Source: Isosphaeraceae bacterium (lineage in GTDB: Bacteria; Planctomycetota; Planctomycetia; Isosphaerales; Isosphaeraceae). From it: a stretch of DNA of 64,000 nt. Position numbers and translations under genes: made by a program. The stretch is from NCBI GenBank assembly GCA_965201075.1, contig CBDAVP010000015.1, forward strand, positions 62,001-126,000. The letters run 5' to 3'. Below the pieces are notes generated by a model. It was given only the letters and a program-made list of their open reading frames with translations. It searched no databases and was not told where the DNA came from. Below, piece after piece: positions 1-11,061 of this stretch (its first letter is position 1; the number at the start of each line of letters is the position of its first letter).

Positions 1-3
1 AGT

Positions 4-990
4 TTATTGTCCGTGAGTGGCCAAAAAATCATCGCCCATGCGGTCGCCGGGAAAGGGGTGGTGGCCATTGAGGAATTGCGTTGCGGTCAGCGGTTTCCCT
101 CCGACAAGCTGAACTCGTTCCAGGCCGATGGCCCCCTGCCCCGCCGCGACAACCAGCCGCCCGCCGGTTGATTCGAGGATGCGACCCGGAGAGCCGGAGA
201 CGTCATCGACGACGGTGGTGTGGTGGACGATCAGCCGCACGGGCCCTTTGCCCACCTCGGCGGGGTGCCAGGTCGTCGAGGCGATCGGCCAGGGCTGCAT
301 CGCCCGGACGAGGTTGTGAATCACTCGGGCGGGACGGGACCACTCGATCCGCCCATCCTCCTTGCGGAGTTTGGGTGCCTTCGTGACCTGGGCTTTCGAC
401 TGCGGCAGCACCTGGGCGGTTCCGTCAACCAAACAGGCTAGCGTCGAGACCACGAGGGGCGCGCCCAGGCTGGCCAGACGAGCTTCTAGTTCGCCAGCGG
501 TTTCATCGGGGTCGATTGGCGTGCGAGCGATCGCAATCATTCCGCCAGCGTCGATGCGGGGGGTCATGCGGATGACCGTCACTCCGCTCTCCCGTTCCCC
601 ATTCTGGATCGCGCGGGCCACCGGCGCCGCTCCCCGGTAAGCGGGCAGGACCGAGCCGTGGAGGTTGACGCCTCCCAGCGGGGGGAGGGCCAGAAGTTCC
701 GCCGAGAGGATCTGGCCGTAAGCCGCCGTGACCAGAACTTGAGGTGCCAGGTCGCGGATTCGCGCGATCGCCTCGGGGGCGTTGACATCCTCGGGCTGGT
801 CGACGGGGACGCCTCGGTCGATCGCCGCGAGCTTGATCGCGCTGGGGATGAGTTGCTGCTTGCGTCCCTGGGGACGGTCGGGCTGGGTGACCAGAGTGGC
901 CACGTCGCAGCCGGCATCGACGAGGGCGAGAAAGGTTGGCAGTGCGAAGTCGCCGGTGCCGAGCATGAGGAGTCGCATGGGATTCGCCAT
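4..990 (-). CDS. fmt: Methionyl-tRNA formyltransferase
   Basis: Motifs TQPDRPQGR, TAAYGQIL, NLHGSVLPAYRGAAP and DAG. Directly follows def. Start trimmed to ATG 990 (978 is an alternative). Confidence 0.96.
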   Translation of the reverse strand: MANPMRLLMLGTGDFALPTFLALVDAGCDVATLVTQPDRPQGRKQQLIPSAIKLAAIDRGVPVDQPEDVNAPEAIARIRDLAPQVLVTAAYGQILSAELLALPPLGGVNLHGSVLPAYRGAAPVARAIQNGERESGVTVIRMTPRIDAGGMIAIARTPIDPDETAGELEARLASLGAPLVVSTLACLVDGTAQVLPQSKAQVTKAPKLRKEDGRIEWSRPARVIHNLVRAMQPWPIASTTWHPAEVGKGPVRLIVHHTTVVDDVSGSPGRILESTGGRLVVAAGQGAIGLERVQLVGGKPLTATQFLNGHHPFPGDRMGDDFLATHGQ

Positions 991-991
991 T

Positions 992-1579
992 TCAAGACCT
1001 GCCGTCGCGGGCGAGCTCGTCGAGCTGGCGGCGAATCTCGTCGTCCGAGGGGGTAATCCCCTCGGCCTGCTCTCGGCGGAACGCGGCCTCCCACTCTCGG
1101 AGTTTCGGGCCGGCCGCGTCTTTCGCGGTAGGAGTGAAGTGGTCGATATGGAGGTGACCATCCAGGTGGTCAATCTCGTGCTGCATCGCCACGCTGGGCA
1201 GCTCGTCCCCGTCGACCTCGATCGGGTTGCCCGCAAGGTCATAGGCCCGCACCCGCACCTTCTTCGACCGACGCACCATCCCGTAGAGTCCTGGGAAGCT
1301 GAGACAGCCCTCCTCCCATTCGATCTGGGAGAACCGCTTGACGACCTCGGGATTGATGAACACCTGCTCCTGATCGGCACGCTGCGGGTCGGCGCTGACA
1401 TTCAGGATGAAGAAGCGGAACGGCAGCGCGACCTGATTGGCGGCGAGGCCAACCCCTTTGTGTTCGTACATCAGGTCAAACATGGCCCGGACCTGGGCCC
1501 GAAGCGTGTCGTCGATGCGGGGGACCGGGACCGACTGGTAACGCAAAGCCGGATGAGGGTAGTTCACGATCCTCAGCAA
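992..1579 (-). CDS. def: Peptide deformylase
   Basis: GVGLAANQV, EGCLS and QHEIDHLDG motifs. Confidence 0.97.
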   Translation of the reverse strand: MLRIVNYPHPALRYQSVPVPRIDDTLRAQVRAMFDLMYEHKGVGLAANQVALPFRFFILNVSADPQRADQEQVFINPEVVKRFSQIEWEEGCLSFPGLYGMVRRSKKVRVRAYDLAGNPIEVDGDELPSVAMQHEIDHLDGHLHIDHFTPTAKDAAGPKLREWEAAFRREQAEGITPSDDEIRRQLDELARDGRS

Positions 1580-1669
1580 AGTTCCAACTCCGAGACGCTT
1601 CCGTAGGGATTTGTCGAGCGATTATCCGGTCAAGGGCCAGCGAGCGTCAACCCGCGGAGAGGGCTCGGT

Positions 1670-4048
1670 TCAGGGAGAAGACGCCGGAGCGAACGGGTCG
1701 GCGGGCAGCGGGCCGGGGGAATTGGGCGGCGTGGCCCAAAGCTCCCAGAGCGAGCCCGCCAGCAAGGCCACGGGCCCATCGTCGACGAGGGCGGTCGTGG
1801 CGTGCCTGGTGGTCTCATCGCCCAACCGCGGCCCAGGGGCGCCCAGGCGGATCGACGTTGGCGTGGTCGAGCCTTCTTGCGTGAGGAACACCTCGCAGGC
1901 GGGCGGGGAGAGGCCCGTCGGCGAGGGGATGGCACCGCTGTACTGGGTGAATCGGGCTGCCTGGAGATTCGCCAAGGCGTCGAGCAAGGTGTTGACCCGG
2001 GCGGTCTCGAATCCGGCGAGGTCTGTCCCGGACGCCGCCTTCCAGAGCGGGAGCTTGGGCGTTCCCGCGGGATCACGCTCCAGGTCGACTCGCCGACCCG
2101 GCCAGCGGAAGGTTACCTTCTCGACGGTCGTGAGGGGGATCGTCGCCAAAGTGCGGTCATGGAGTTCGGCTCCCAGAATCTCGGTGGCCCTGCGGCTAAG
2201 CGTGAAGACCAGGGGCCGGCCTGTCAGCCGGGCGTAGCGGGTTCCCGAGCCTCCAGGAACCTCGGACCCGATCTCCAGAGCATTCTCACCATTGCGAACC
2301 GTCCAGGCTACGACGAGATGGGGGGTATCCAGGCCGTAAGTCTTCGGGTCACCGCCCTCGGCCACCAGACGCTCGGCGCGAAGGCCGGAGAGGAGGACCG
2401 CCACCCGGGCGACCGCCTGGGCATCCGCCGGAGCGTCCACCGGTTGAGTCATTCGCCACTGGGCAAACGCTTCCGGTCCCGGGTGTGGCGTGGCGGGCGA
2501 CTGGAGAGCAACGTAAGCCACACCCGCTTCGTCACCCGCTCGACGGACGGTCAGGCGGTCGAGACCGAAACGATCCTGGGTCAAAAGGCTCCGGTCGCGA
2601 AACGCCAGGGTGCCGGCCGGTAGGGCGGAGACAATGGCTTCGGGAAGCGCGAGCAAAGTGGCAGGGTCGTCGGTGGATCGAGCGTAAACCATCCGGGCGA
2701 TGGTGTTGCGGGTGCCGAGAGTCAGGTTCAGGGCTGGTTCACCGATCGGGCCGTCCACCAGGGCTCGGTCGGCCCGTGAGGCCGACGGTGATTCCCAGAC
2801 CCGAACCGTCGCCGTGGGCTTGTCGAGGTGAGCCTCGGGATAATTCTTGGGGTCGAGGAATTCCGCGGTCTCCAGACCAAGAAGCTGGGCGAGCAGGGCA
2901 TCCACGGTGGGCCCATCGGCCTTGCCCAGTGATTCCACGCCGGTCGCGGACCGTTTCACGACCTCCCAACCCCGCGGACCCAGAGCCAGTTCATGAGCAT
3001 CTTCACCAACCTGGATCGCCAGGAAATGGATTCGAGTCTTGTCGAGGTTGGTCAGCTTGTGGCTACGCAGTTCGTTGGGGTTCTTGCCGAGGGTGCGCAA
3101 GGCGGTCGGGTTGATCAAAATCACATCGTCCTGATCTCCGCGGCGAGCATGGGCTCGATCCGGGTGGCCGTTGAGCGGGGCCGAAATCTGGACCGTCCGC
3201 GCCACCGCTCGACGAGTCTCGGCCTCGCCAGGCGGCGGGCCGACTTCCAGGGTCAGGTCGGGGTTAGCGAGTCCGTACTTGTCCCAGTCGGTCACGCCTT
3301 CGGCCACGAACCCCTTGGGGCCATCCTCGACCCGCAGCGCGGCAAGGTCGGCGACCAGTCCTTCGAATTTCGTTTCATCGCCAGGGGCCTGGATCGGAGA
3401 CACGATCCGCCAGGACTGCCCTTTGCGATCGGCGGCGAGCTTGCGGTCCGGGCCGCCAACCTGGATCCGACCGATGTCCAGTCCGGAAAGGCCCAGAAGA
3501 CTCCGCTCTCGCCAGTCGACGGCCGGCAAATCCGCCAGGGCCAGCGGCAGGGCGTCGACCACCACGATTGGCCCGGAGTTGGGTCGAACGTAACGCAAGC
3601 CCGGCAAGCTCTTGGCGTCCCCCAGGTCGAGTGTCGCCAGCGCGGATGTTCCCTTGCCCGGCCCGAAGAGCTTGACGACCCGCGGCGACTCGAATCCGAA
3701 ACGCTCGGGAGGGCCGTCCACGACCCCGGCGTCCTTCGAGGTCCGCAGGCCCTTGAGGCTTTGCAGGAAGCCATCCACCTTGCCGCGATCGGCCAGGGCC
3801 TCTACTGGCTCAACCAACTGCCAGGCCTCATTGCCGCGGCGTTCCAGGACCACCGCCGGCTCGCCACTGCCGCGAATCTCGATTCTGGCAATGTCGGCGG
3901 GCTTGAGCGGGTCCAGCGCCGGCAGGATCCGGTCCTTTAGCGCCTCGGCGTCTTGACGGTTCAGAATCTCCGAGCGGTCCGCCCACCAGAGGGCCATGAG
4001 GCCGCCCAGGAACAGCACCATCAGAGCGAATGTCCCGCGCGTCTTCAT
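1670..4048 (-). CDS. DUF4340-type multi-repeat periplasmic accessory protein of a Gld-like ABC system
   Basis: N-terminal TM helix. Repeated 'W(Q/R)..xP..A.AD...V..L..L' and 'YGL..P' units. Last gene of the ATPase-permease-GldG-like operon. Confidence 0.7.
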   Translation of the reverse strand: MKTRGTFALMVLFLGGLMALWWADRSEILNRQDAEALKDRILPALDPLKPADIARIEIRGSGEPAVVLERRGNEAWQLVEPVEALADRGKVDGFLQSLKGLRTSKDAGVVDGPPERFGFESPRVVKLFGPGKGTSALATLDLGDAKSLPGLRYVRPNSGPIVVVDALPLALADLPAVDWRERSLLGLSGLDIGRIQVGGPDRKLAADRKGQSWRIVSPIQAPGDETKFEGLVADLAALRVEDGPKGFVAEGVTDWDKYGLANPDLTLEVGPPPGEAETRRAVARTVQISAPLNGHPDRAHARRGDQDDVILINPTALRTLGKNPNELRSHKLTNLDKTRIHFLAIQVGEDAHELALGPRGWEVVKRSATGVESLGKADGPTVDALLAQLLGLETAEFLDPKNYPEAHLDKPTATVRVWESPSASRADRALVDGPIGEPALNLTLGTRNTIARMVYARSTDDPATLLALPEAIVSALPAGTLAFRDRSLLTQDRFGLDRLTVRRAGDEAGVAYVALQSPATPHPGPEAFAQWRMTQPVDAPADAQAVARVAVLLSGLRAERLVAEGGDPKTYGLDTPHLVVAWTVRNGENALEIGSEVPGGSGTRYARLTGRPLVFTLSRRATEILGAELHDRTLATIPLTTVEKVTFRWPGRRVDLERDPAGTPKLPLWKAASGTDLAGFETARVNTLLDALANLQAARFTQYSGAIPSPTGLSPPACEVFLTQEGSTTPTSIRLGAPGPRLGDETTRHATTALVDDGPVALLAGSLWELWATPPNSPGPLPADPFAPASSP

Positions 4049-4090
4049 GGTCGTATCCGCCTGCCACCGCAACGCCGAGTCCGTTCAGGG

Positions 4091-5893
4091 TCAGTCGCGA
4101 CGAGCCAGGTAAGTCGCGATGCCGAAACCCACGATCACCGAAATCGCCATCAAGGTGGGGACAACCACCAGCTTGGCCCGCAACGGGGCGTCGGCCGAGA
4201 GCGTCACGGCGGAGTACGGCGTGGGGGGAATCAGTCCCTGCTGATAGGGCCGTCCGCGAAGCCAGTTGATGGTGTTGATGAGAAGATCGAAATTTCGAGG
4301 CGCATAAGGGTTATTGGCGACATCCCGGCTGCCCAGAACGACCATGCGGGGGACCTCGGGGGACCGAGGAACGACCGGCCTCGTCGCGACGGCCACGGCC
4401 ACGTCGAACGGGCCGGAGGTTTCCTTGTCGCCCCGCGAGCGGCGGTTGTCGGTCCGGTCGGTGCGGACCCAGGAATCGGGCGACGACTTCAAGATCGCCG
4501 TCACCGACAGGGCCGGGTTGGCCGGCTGGGCCGTGGGACGGACCGGGGTGGCGTCGGGCAAAATCACATAGCTGCTGGCGATGGCGTCAACGACCGGGTG
4601 AGCCACCCGGCTCAGGTTGTGACCGATGATGGCGCGAGGGTTATTGGCATAGTTGAGCTTGGCGTCCCAGATCACGCCGGGCCCAACCTCGACGTCGTAC
4701 CCCTTGAGCCAGGAGACCAGCCCGGTGGTGCTGGCCTCGTCGGATTCAGGGCCCATCGCGAGCAGCAGTTGGCCTCCGCCGTCAACGTAGGCTTTCAAAC
4801 GCTCCAGCTCCTGAGGCTGGAAGGGTGTCCTGGGTCCGCAAAGCAAAGCCACTTCGATCGCCGGGTCAAGATCCTTGGTGAGCAAGTTGCTGACGACGAC
4901 GCGGGCGCCCAGGCTTTCGAGTCGAGAGCGGAACATTCCCAGGGCCGGCGTGCGGACGTCAACGTCGTGGATCGAAGGCTCGCCGTGGCCGGTGAGGAAG
5001 GCGACCAGGAATTTTTTCCCCTCTCGCAACCGGATCAAAGCCGAGGTGATCGCGTCCTCGCCCCGGAAACTGCTATCGAAGCGAGAAGGATCGGGGTTGG
5101 CCGCGTTCAAGGCGAAAAGGTCGCTGTTCCGGACCACGGCATGTTCGCGGGTGGGTCCTTCACCGAGGTCCACCAGCACGCCGCCCCCCTGCCCCACCAC
5201 GACGGCGAGGTCGGGAGCGTACTTGACCAGATCCTCGTAACGCTCGCGGTCGCGGAAGGGATTGACCTGCTCGATCTTCACCTTCGGCGGGTTGAAGTCC
5301 TGATAAAGCTCCAGAAGTTGCAAAATCCGCGAGCGCTGCTCGGCCGCCAACTCGCTCTGGCCGAATACCACCGTGAAGGTGACGGGTCGGTCGAGGGTGC
5401 GAAGCTGATTGGTGGTGAGGCTTGACAGGGTGAAAGCGCTCTCTCGGGTGAAGTCAAGAGCCTTGCCGCCGTACTTGAACGCCAGGACGTTGCCGACGAT
5501 CAGAATTCCGGCCAGCAGGGCGGTATTCAGCGCCGTGCCCGAGGCGTCGGTCACCCTTCGCAGGCTAGGGCTGGCGTGTCGATAGCGGCGATTCGCCCGA
5601 TTCAGAGAGACGACGATCGCGAAGCCGGCGGCGAACAGTGGAAGCGAGCCGGGAATGCTTCGCGAGGCCGCGATGTAGGCGCCCGCGGCGATCAGCAACA
5701 GCCCGGCGACCGCCGCGGCGACCACGCGGTCTCGGTAGCGGGAGCGGGGCGCGTCCTCGTCCGCTTCTTCCTCGGCCGACTGCCCGACCGGTGCCCCTCG
5801 AAGAACCCACGAGATCGCCAGGCCCGCGGCCAGCAACAGGCCGCACAGCCAGAACAGGTCCCATTCCAGCAGTTTGTTCAAGCGGTCGGCCAT
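4091..5893 (-). CDS. GldG-like ABC transporter auxiliary component
   Basis: N-terminal TM helices, DFTRESAFTLS, GEDAITSALIRL, FLTGHGE, NFDLLINTINWL and a C-terminal TM helix. Confidence 0.85.
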   Translation of the reverse strand: MADRLNKLLEWDLFWLCGLLLAAGLAISWVLRGAPVGQSAEEEADEDAPRSRYRDRVVAAAVAGLLLIAAGAYIAASRSIPGSLPLFAAGFAIVVSLNRANRRYRHASPSLRRVTDASGTALNTALLAGILIVGNVLAFKYGGKALDFTRESAFTLSSLTTNQLRTLDRPVTFTVVFGQSELAAEQRSRILQLLELYQDFNPPKVKIEQVNPFRDRERYEDLVKYAPDLAVVVGQGGGVLVDLGEGPTREHAVVRNSDLFALNAANPDPSRFDSSFRGEDAITSALIRLREGKKFLVAFLTGHGEPSIHDVDVRTPALGMFRSRLESLGARVVVSNLLTKDLDPAIEVALLCGPRTPFQPQELERLKAYVDGGGQLLLAMGPESDEASTTGLVSWLKGYDVEVGPGVIWDAKLNYANNPRAIIGHNLSRVAHPVVDAIASSYVILPDATPVRPTAQPANPALSVTAILKSSPDSWVRTDRTDNRRSRGDKETSGPFDVAVAVATRPVVPRSPEVPRMVVLGSRDVANNPYAPRNFDLLINTINWLRGRPYQQGLIPPTPYSAVTLSADAPLRAKLVVVPTLMAISVIVGFGIATYLARRD

Positions 5894-5900
5894 TGGCGTC

Positions 5901-6668
5901 TCAGGCCCCCCGCCGATTCTGGATGACCTTGGTCGTCAGGTAGAGCAGGAACGCCGTGACGGAAAGGTGCAGCGTCACATAGCGCAGGTCAAGCAGCCCC
6001 CGGCCGAATTCCTGCACCTGAGGCAAGATGGAGATGTATTGCAAGGTCGCGGCCAGGCCGAGGTTCTGCCGGGTGACGGCTTCCCGGTAGCCCAGCAGCG
6101 TGACGATCAGCAGGCTGAAAAGGGCTACGAACGTACCCACCGCCGCGACCACCTGGTTGCGTGTCAATGCGCTGAAGAACAGGCCGATCGCCACGAACAT
6201 CATGCCGGCGCTGGTCAAACCGATCCCCAGGGAAATCAACGGACCGGTGTCGAAGGGAAACTTGCCGTAATGCCGCAAAATTGGCAGATAAACCGCGAAC
6301 GGCAAGAGCAAGACCAGATACATCGCCACGCCGGCCGCCCACTTCCCCACGACCACCTCGGCCTCGGAGACCGGCACCGTCAACAGCGTCTCAATCGTGC
6401 CCGACCGCCGTTCCTCGGACAGCAACCGCATGGTCAGGGCGGGGATCGCGACCATCATGGCGATCCAGAACGTCGAGCTTTGCGAGATGTAAGTGTTCAT
6501 CGGGTCGTGAAGGCCCGAGAACGCGATCTGCGGCTGCCGCAAGACTTCCACCAGTTGGTAGAAGTTGATCCAGGCGATGAGCTGAAACGCCAGCAAAATC
6601 AGGTAAGCGATCGGACTGAGGAAGTAAGCCGCCAGTTCCCGTCGCATCAAGGTCAGGACGTGTCTCAT
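5901..6668 (-). CDS. ABC-2 type permease (GldF-like)
   Basis: RRELAAYFLSPIAY, TMRLLSEERRSGTIETLLT and SALTRNQVVA. About 6 TM segments. Confidence 0.9.
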   Translation of the reverse strand: MRHVLTLMRRELAAYFLSPIAYLILLAFQLIAWINFYQLVEVLRQPQIAFSGLHDPMNTYISQSSTFWIAMMVAIPALTMRLLSEERRSGTIETLLTVPVSEAEVVVGKWAAGVAMYLVLLLPFAVYLPILRHYGKFPFDTGPLISLGIGLTSAGMMFVAIGLFFSALTRNQVVAAVGTFVALFSLLIVTLLGYREAVTRQNLGLAATLQYISILPQVQEFGRGLLDLRYVTLHLSVTAFLLYLTTKVIQNRRGA

Positions 6669-6670
6669 GG

Positions 6671-7621
6671 TTAGGCGGCCTCGCCCCCGGCGGCGGCCTG
6701 GCGAACCGCCTCGATAAAGCGATCTTCCAGGGTCGAGCGCCGCAGGTCCAGCCTCCGCAAGCCCCAGCCATTCTGGATCACCCGGGCGGCCAAGGCTTCG
6801 CGAAGGTCGGCATCGTCCTTCCGAGCGTGAACCTCGAACAGATGAGCGCCAGGCTCGCCCCCGACCGGAGCCTGATGGACCCGAGCCACGCCCGGCATCG
6901 CTTCCAACGCCTTGCGCACCGCTTCGCCCGGACCTCGGACCTCGACAACCGCGGCCATCCCCGCGCGGATGCGGTCCAACCGTTCGTCGATGGCGATCGT
7001 CCCCCGGGCGATCAGGATCACCCGTCCGCAAACCGCCTCCACCTCCTGCATGATGTGCGTCGACAGCAAGATCGTGTGATGGTTGCCCAGTTCGCGGATG
7101 ACGGAGCGAACCTCGCGGATCTGGATCGGGTCGAGGCCGGCGGTTGGCTCGTCGAGAATCAGGATGTCCGGGTCGTGAAGCATCGCCTCGGCCAGTCCCA
7201 CCCGTTGGCGATAACCCTTTGACAGATGCCCGAGGACTCGTTCCTTGACGTCCTCAAGGTCGCAACGCTCGACCACGCGGCCAATCGCTCCGGCGCGTCG
7301 CGACCGAGGGACGTCCTTCAGCTTGGCCCGAAAGGAAAGGTACTCGCGGACCCGCATCTCGGGGTACATCGGCACGTTTTCGGGCAGGTAGCCAACGCGA
7401 CGGCGGACTTCAATCGGTTCGTCCAGCACGTCATGGCCGGCCAAAACCGCCCGCCCGCTGGTGGGGGGGAGATAGGTGGTCAGCATCCGCATCGTCGTCG
7501 TCTTGCCCGCCCCGTTGGGACCAAGGAAGCCCACGACCTCGCCGCGGCCGACCTCAAAGCTGAGACAATCGACGGCGCGGACGGCGCCGTAACGCTTGGT
7601 AAGTCGTTCGACCTGGATCAT
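6671..7621 (-). CDS. ABC transporter ATP-binding protein (GldA-like)
   Basis: Walker A GPNGAGKTT, signature LSKGYRQR, Walker B ILILDEP. Confidence 0.95.
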   Translation of the reverse strand: MIQVERLTKRYGAVRAVDCLSFEVGRGEVVGFLGPNGAGKTTTMRMLTTYLPPTSGRAVLAGHDVLDEPIEVRRRVGYLPENVPMYPEMRVREYLSFRAKLKDVPRSRRAGAIGRVVERCDLEDVKERVLGHLSKGYRQRVGLAEAMLHDPDILILDEPTAGLDPIQIREVRSVIRELGNHHTILLSTHIMQEVEAVCGRVILIARGTIAIDERLDRIRAGMAAVVEVRGPGEAVRKALEAMPGVARVHQAPVGGEPGAHLFEVHARKDDADLREALAARVIQNGWGLRRLDLRRSTLEDRFIEAVRQAAAGGEAA

Positions 7622-7688
7622 GTATGGCGCTTCGAGGACGGAAGGAGGCCGGACACTCAACCCGCAAGAATTGACCCTTATCCCGAGT

Positions 7689-10600
7689 TTACCGGCCCGC
7701 GTGACCCTCCGCCAGTTGTTGCTCCGGGGGTTCGATCGCGGTTTGTCCGTCAGCCCGTGGTGAATGATCCGTCAAGCGGATGTCCTTCGATCCATCGACG
7801 CCATTGGTCGCATCCGAAACTTCGGAGAAAGCGGCTCTCGGCTCGGGCGGGTGCAATCGGTCCCGAATCCCCTGGATCAAGACGAAGAACACGGGAACGA
7901 AAAACACGGCCAGAATCGTCGCCGCGAGCATCCCGCCGAAAACCGCCGTTCCCAACGCCTGGCGGCTCGCGGCGCCCGCCCCGGTGGCACGAACCAGCGG
8001 TAAAATTCCCAGGATGAAGGCGAACGACGTCATCAAGATCGGCCGGAACCGAGAGCGCGCCGCCCGGATGGCGGCATCGCGGGTCGAGGCCCCCTGGGCA
8101 TGCAACTCCCGGGCGAACTCGACGATCAAAATTGCGTTCTTGCTCGCCAGGGCGATAATCAACACGATGCCGATCTGCGTGTAGATGTTCACGTCCATCC
8201 CACGAGCCGCCACGAACGCCACCGTCCCCAGCAAAGCCAGCGGAACAACCAAAATGACCGCCGCAGGTAACCACCAGCTTTCGTACTGCGCAGCCAGGAC
8301 CAGGTAGACCATCAACGCGGCTAGCAGGAAAACGTAAATGGCCTGCGAGCCGACCAGTTTTTCCTGGTACGACATGGCCGTCCACTCGTAACCCATCGAT
8401 GTCGGCAGCTTCGTCGCGGCCATCTGGTCCACCAGCCGCATCGCCTCGCCCGAACTGAACCCGGGAGCCCCTTCGCCGGTGATCGACGACGAGGGATAAA
8501 GGTTGTAGCGATTGATCAGTTGCGGACCAAGGGCCTCGCTCACTGTGGCCACGGTGCTCAGGGGAACCATCTTCCCCTGGCGGTCGCGGACCTCCAGCCG
8601 CCGGATGTCTTCCGGGCGAAGGCGGAACTTCTGGTCGGCCTGCACTCTCACCTGATAGGTCCGGCCGAACAGGTTGAAATCGTTCACATAGGCCGAGCCC
8701 ATCGTGGCCTGAAGCGTGCCGAAAACCGAGTCCAGCGGGATGTCCAGGCTCTTCACCTTGGTCCGGTCAATATCGACGAACAGTTGGGGAACCCCTGCGC
8801 GGAAGCTCGACGTCAACGCTCGCAACCCCGACTGAGAGTTGCCATCGGCGAGCATCTCGTTGGTGACCTTTTGCAGGTCGTCCAGCCCGGTCCCTCCCCG
8901 GTCTTCAATCTGCACCTGGAACCCCGCGGCAGTGCCAAGCCCCATGATCGCGGGCGGCGGGAAGCAGAAGACCATCGCTTCCTGAATCTGGGCGAACTCG
9001 CCGCGCAGGTGGTTGAGCATCGCGTCCTGCGAGGTCTCGGGCGTGGGCCGATCGGCGTAGGGGGCATAGGTCAGGTAAAAGGTCGCCGCGTTCGAGGCGA
9101 CGGCCTGGTCCAGCAGCGACTGCCCGCCAATCATGAACCACGAACGGATGCCGGGCGTCTTGCGCAAAATCCCCTCAACCGTGTCGACCACCTTCCGGGT
9201 CCTCGCCTGCGACGCCGCGTCGGGTAACTGAACCCCGACGATGGCGTACCCCTGGTCCTCCACCGGCAGAAATCCGGTCGGCAGTTGGGTGAACCAGTAA
9301 AACGTCCCACCCACCAGAAGCATGAACACCAGCATCATCGTCGGGACATGGCGAATCATCCGGCCGACGATCGCCGCGTAGAGTGATTCACTGCGATCGT
9401 AAACGGTATTGAACGCCCGATAGAAGGCATTCTTGCGGCCGGTCGAGGGACGCAGGTAGGTGGCGCACTGGGCCGGCTTGAGAGTGACGGCGTTGATGGC
9501 GCTGATGAGCGCCGTGGCGGCGATCGTCAACGCGAATTGCCGGTAAAGTTGCCCGGTAATGCCGCCCAGGAACGCGGTGGGCAGGAACACGGCCATCAAG
9601 ACCAGGGTGATGCCAATGACTGGTCCAATCACCTCGCTCATCGCCACGATCGTCGCCTCGCGGGGGGGCAGGCCGTCGTGGTCGATGTGGTGAGAGGCGT
9701 TCTCGACGATGACAATGGCGTCGTCGACCACGATGCCGATGGCCAGGACCAGCCCAAACAGCGTCAGCATATTAATTGAAAAGCCCAACGCCCCGAGCGC
9801 CGCGAACGCCCCGATGATCGTCACCGGGACGGTGGTGGCCGGGACCAATGTCGCTCGCCAGTCCTGGAGGAACACCAGGATGACGACCAGCACCAGGACG
9901 CCCGCCTCGGCCAGGGTCCACCAGACCTCGGCGATCGACTCTTGAACGAACAGGGTGGTGTCGAAGGGAATGTCGTAATCGATGCCCGGCGGGAAGGTCT
10001 TTTTCAGCTCGGCCATCTTCGCCTTGACCTGCCGAGCCACATCCAGCGCATTGGCGCCCGGCAGTTGAAACACCCCAAGGCCCGCCGCTGGTTTGCCCCC
10101 GACGTCGGTCCACTGGTCATAAACCTGACCGCCCAACTCAACGCGGGCGACATCGCGTACCAGGGTGAGCCGAGAGCCTGTCCCCTGGTCGTCCGTCGAT
10201 CGCGACGCCCGGACGATGATCTCCTCGAACTGGTGGACATCCTTGAGCCGGCCCAGGGTCGTGACGGTGTATTGAAAGTCCTGCGAGTTGGGCGTCGGCG
10301 GCTGGCCCACCAACCCGGCGGCGACCTGCACGTTCTGCTCACGAATCGAAGTCAGGACATCCTCGGTCGTCAGGTTGCGGGCCTTGAGCCTCTCAGGGTC
10401 GATCCAGATCCTCATGCCATAATTGCTGCGGCCGAACACCTGAATGTCGCCGACCCCCCGGATGCGGCTCATCTCGTCCTTGATGCGCAAGGTCGCGTAA
10501 TTGCTCAGGTACAGGTCGTCATACTTCGGGTCGTCGGAAGTCAGGGCGGCGACCAGGATGATCGCGGTTGACTTCTTCTTGGTGGTGATCCCCTGTCGCT

Positions 10601-10970
10601 GAACATCCTGCGGAAGTTTGGGCTGGGCGATGGCCACGCGGTTCTGAACCAGAACCTGAGCCATGTCGAGGTCGGTCCCCACCTCGAAGGTGACGGTGAG
10701 GTTGTACGACCCATCACTGGCACAGGTGGAGGACATGTAGAGCATGCCCTGGACGCCATTGACCTCCTGCTCGATGGGAGCGGCCACGGTGTCGGCCAGA
10801 ACCGTGGCGTCAGCGCCCGGGTAAACCGTCGAGACGGCCACCGTGGGCGGCGTGATCTGGGGATATTGTTCGATCGAGAGGAACATCAGTGTCACCCCAC
10901 CCACCAAGAGGGTGATGATGGCGATGACGTTGGCGAAAATGGGCCGATCAATGAAGAATCGCGAGAACAT
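7689..10970 (-). CDS. RND efflux permease, HAE1/AcrB family
   Basis: MFSRFFIDRPIFA, GIVVDDAIVIVEN, KNAILIVEFA and RFRPILMTSFAFILG. Confidence 0.96.
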   Translation of the reverse strand: MFSRFFIDRPIFANVIAIITLLVGGVTLMFLSIEQYPQITPPTVAVSTVYPGADATVLADTVAAPIEQEVNGVQGMLYMSSTCASDGSYNLTVTFEVGTDLDMAQVLVQNRVAIAQPKLPQDVQRQGITTKKKSTAIILVAALTSDDPKYDDLYLSNYATLRIKDEMSRIRGVGDIQVFGRSNYGMRIWIDPERLKARNLTTEDVLTSIREQNVQVAAGLVGQPPTPNSQDFQYTVTTLGRLKDVHQFEEIIVRASRSTDDQGTGSRLTLVRDVARVELGGQVYDQWTDVGGKPAAGLGVFQLPGANALDVARQVKAKMAELKKTFPPGIDYDIPFDTTLFVQESIAEVWWTLAEAGVLVLVVILVFLQDWRATLVPATTVPVTIIGAFAALGALGFSINMLTLFGLVLAIGIVVDDAIVIVENASHHIDHDGLPPREATIVAMSEVIGPVIGITLVLMAVFLPTAFLGGITGQLYRQFALTIAATALISAINAVTLKPAQCATYLRPSTGRKNAFYRAFNTVYDRSESLYAAIVGRMIRHVPTMMLVFMLLVGGTFYWFTQLPTGFLPVEDQGYAIVGVQLPDAASQARTRKVVDTVEGILRKTPGIRSWFMIGGQSLLDQAVASNAATFYLTYAPYADRPTPETSQDAMLNHLRGEFAQIQEAMVFCFPPPAIMGLGTAAGFQVQIEDRGGTGLDDLQKVTNEMLADGNSQSGLRALTSSFRAGVPQLFVDIDRTKVKSLDIPLDSVFGTLQATMGSAYVNDFNLFGRTYQVRVQADQKFRLRPEDIRRLEVRDRQGKMVPLSTVATVSEALGPQLINRYNLYPSSSITGEGAPGFSSGEAMRLVDQMAATKLPTSMGYEWTAMSYQEKLVGSQAIYVFLLAALMVYLVLAAQYESWWLPAAVILVVPLALLGTVAFVAARGMDVNIYTQIGIVLIIALASKNAILIVEFARELHAQGASTRDAAIRAARSRFRPILMTSFAFILGILPLVRATGAGAASRQALGTAVFGGMLAATILAVFFVPVFFVLIQGIRDRLHPPEPRAAFSEVSDATNGVDGSKDIRLTDHSPRADGQTAIEPPEQQLAEGHAGR

Positions 10971-11061
10971 CGGCGGCCTCGTCCGACTTCGACTCATGGA
11001 AATCGGGCCGACCCAGCCGGTCGTCCCGAGACGGGGGGAGGGGGGGGGCGGGTTTCGCGGT

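Noticed and set aside
11033..11052. G-tract between the RND adaptor and permease as a phase-variation switch
   Set aside because: The tract is intergenic and both flanking genes appear complete.
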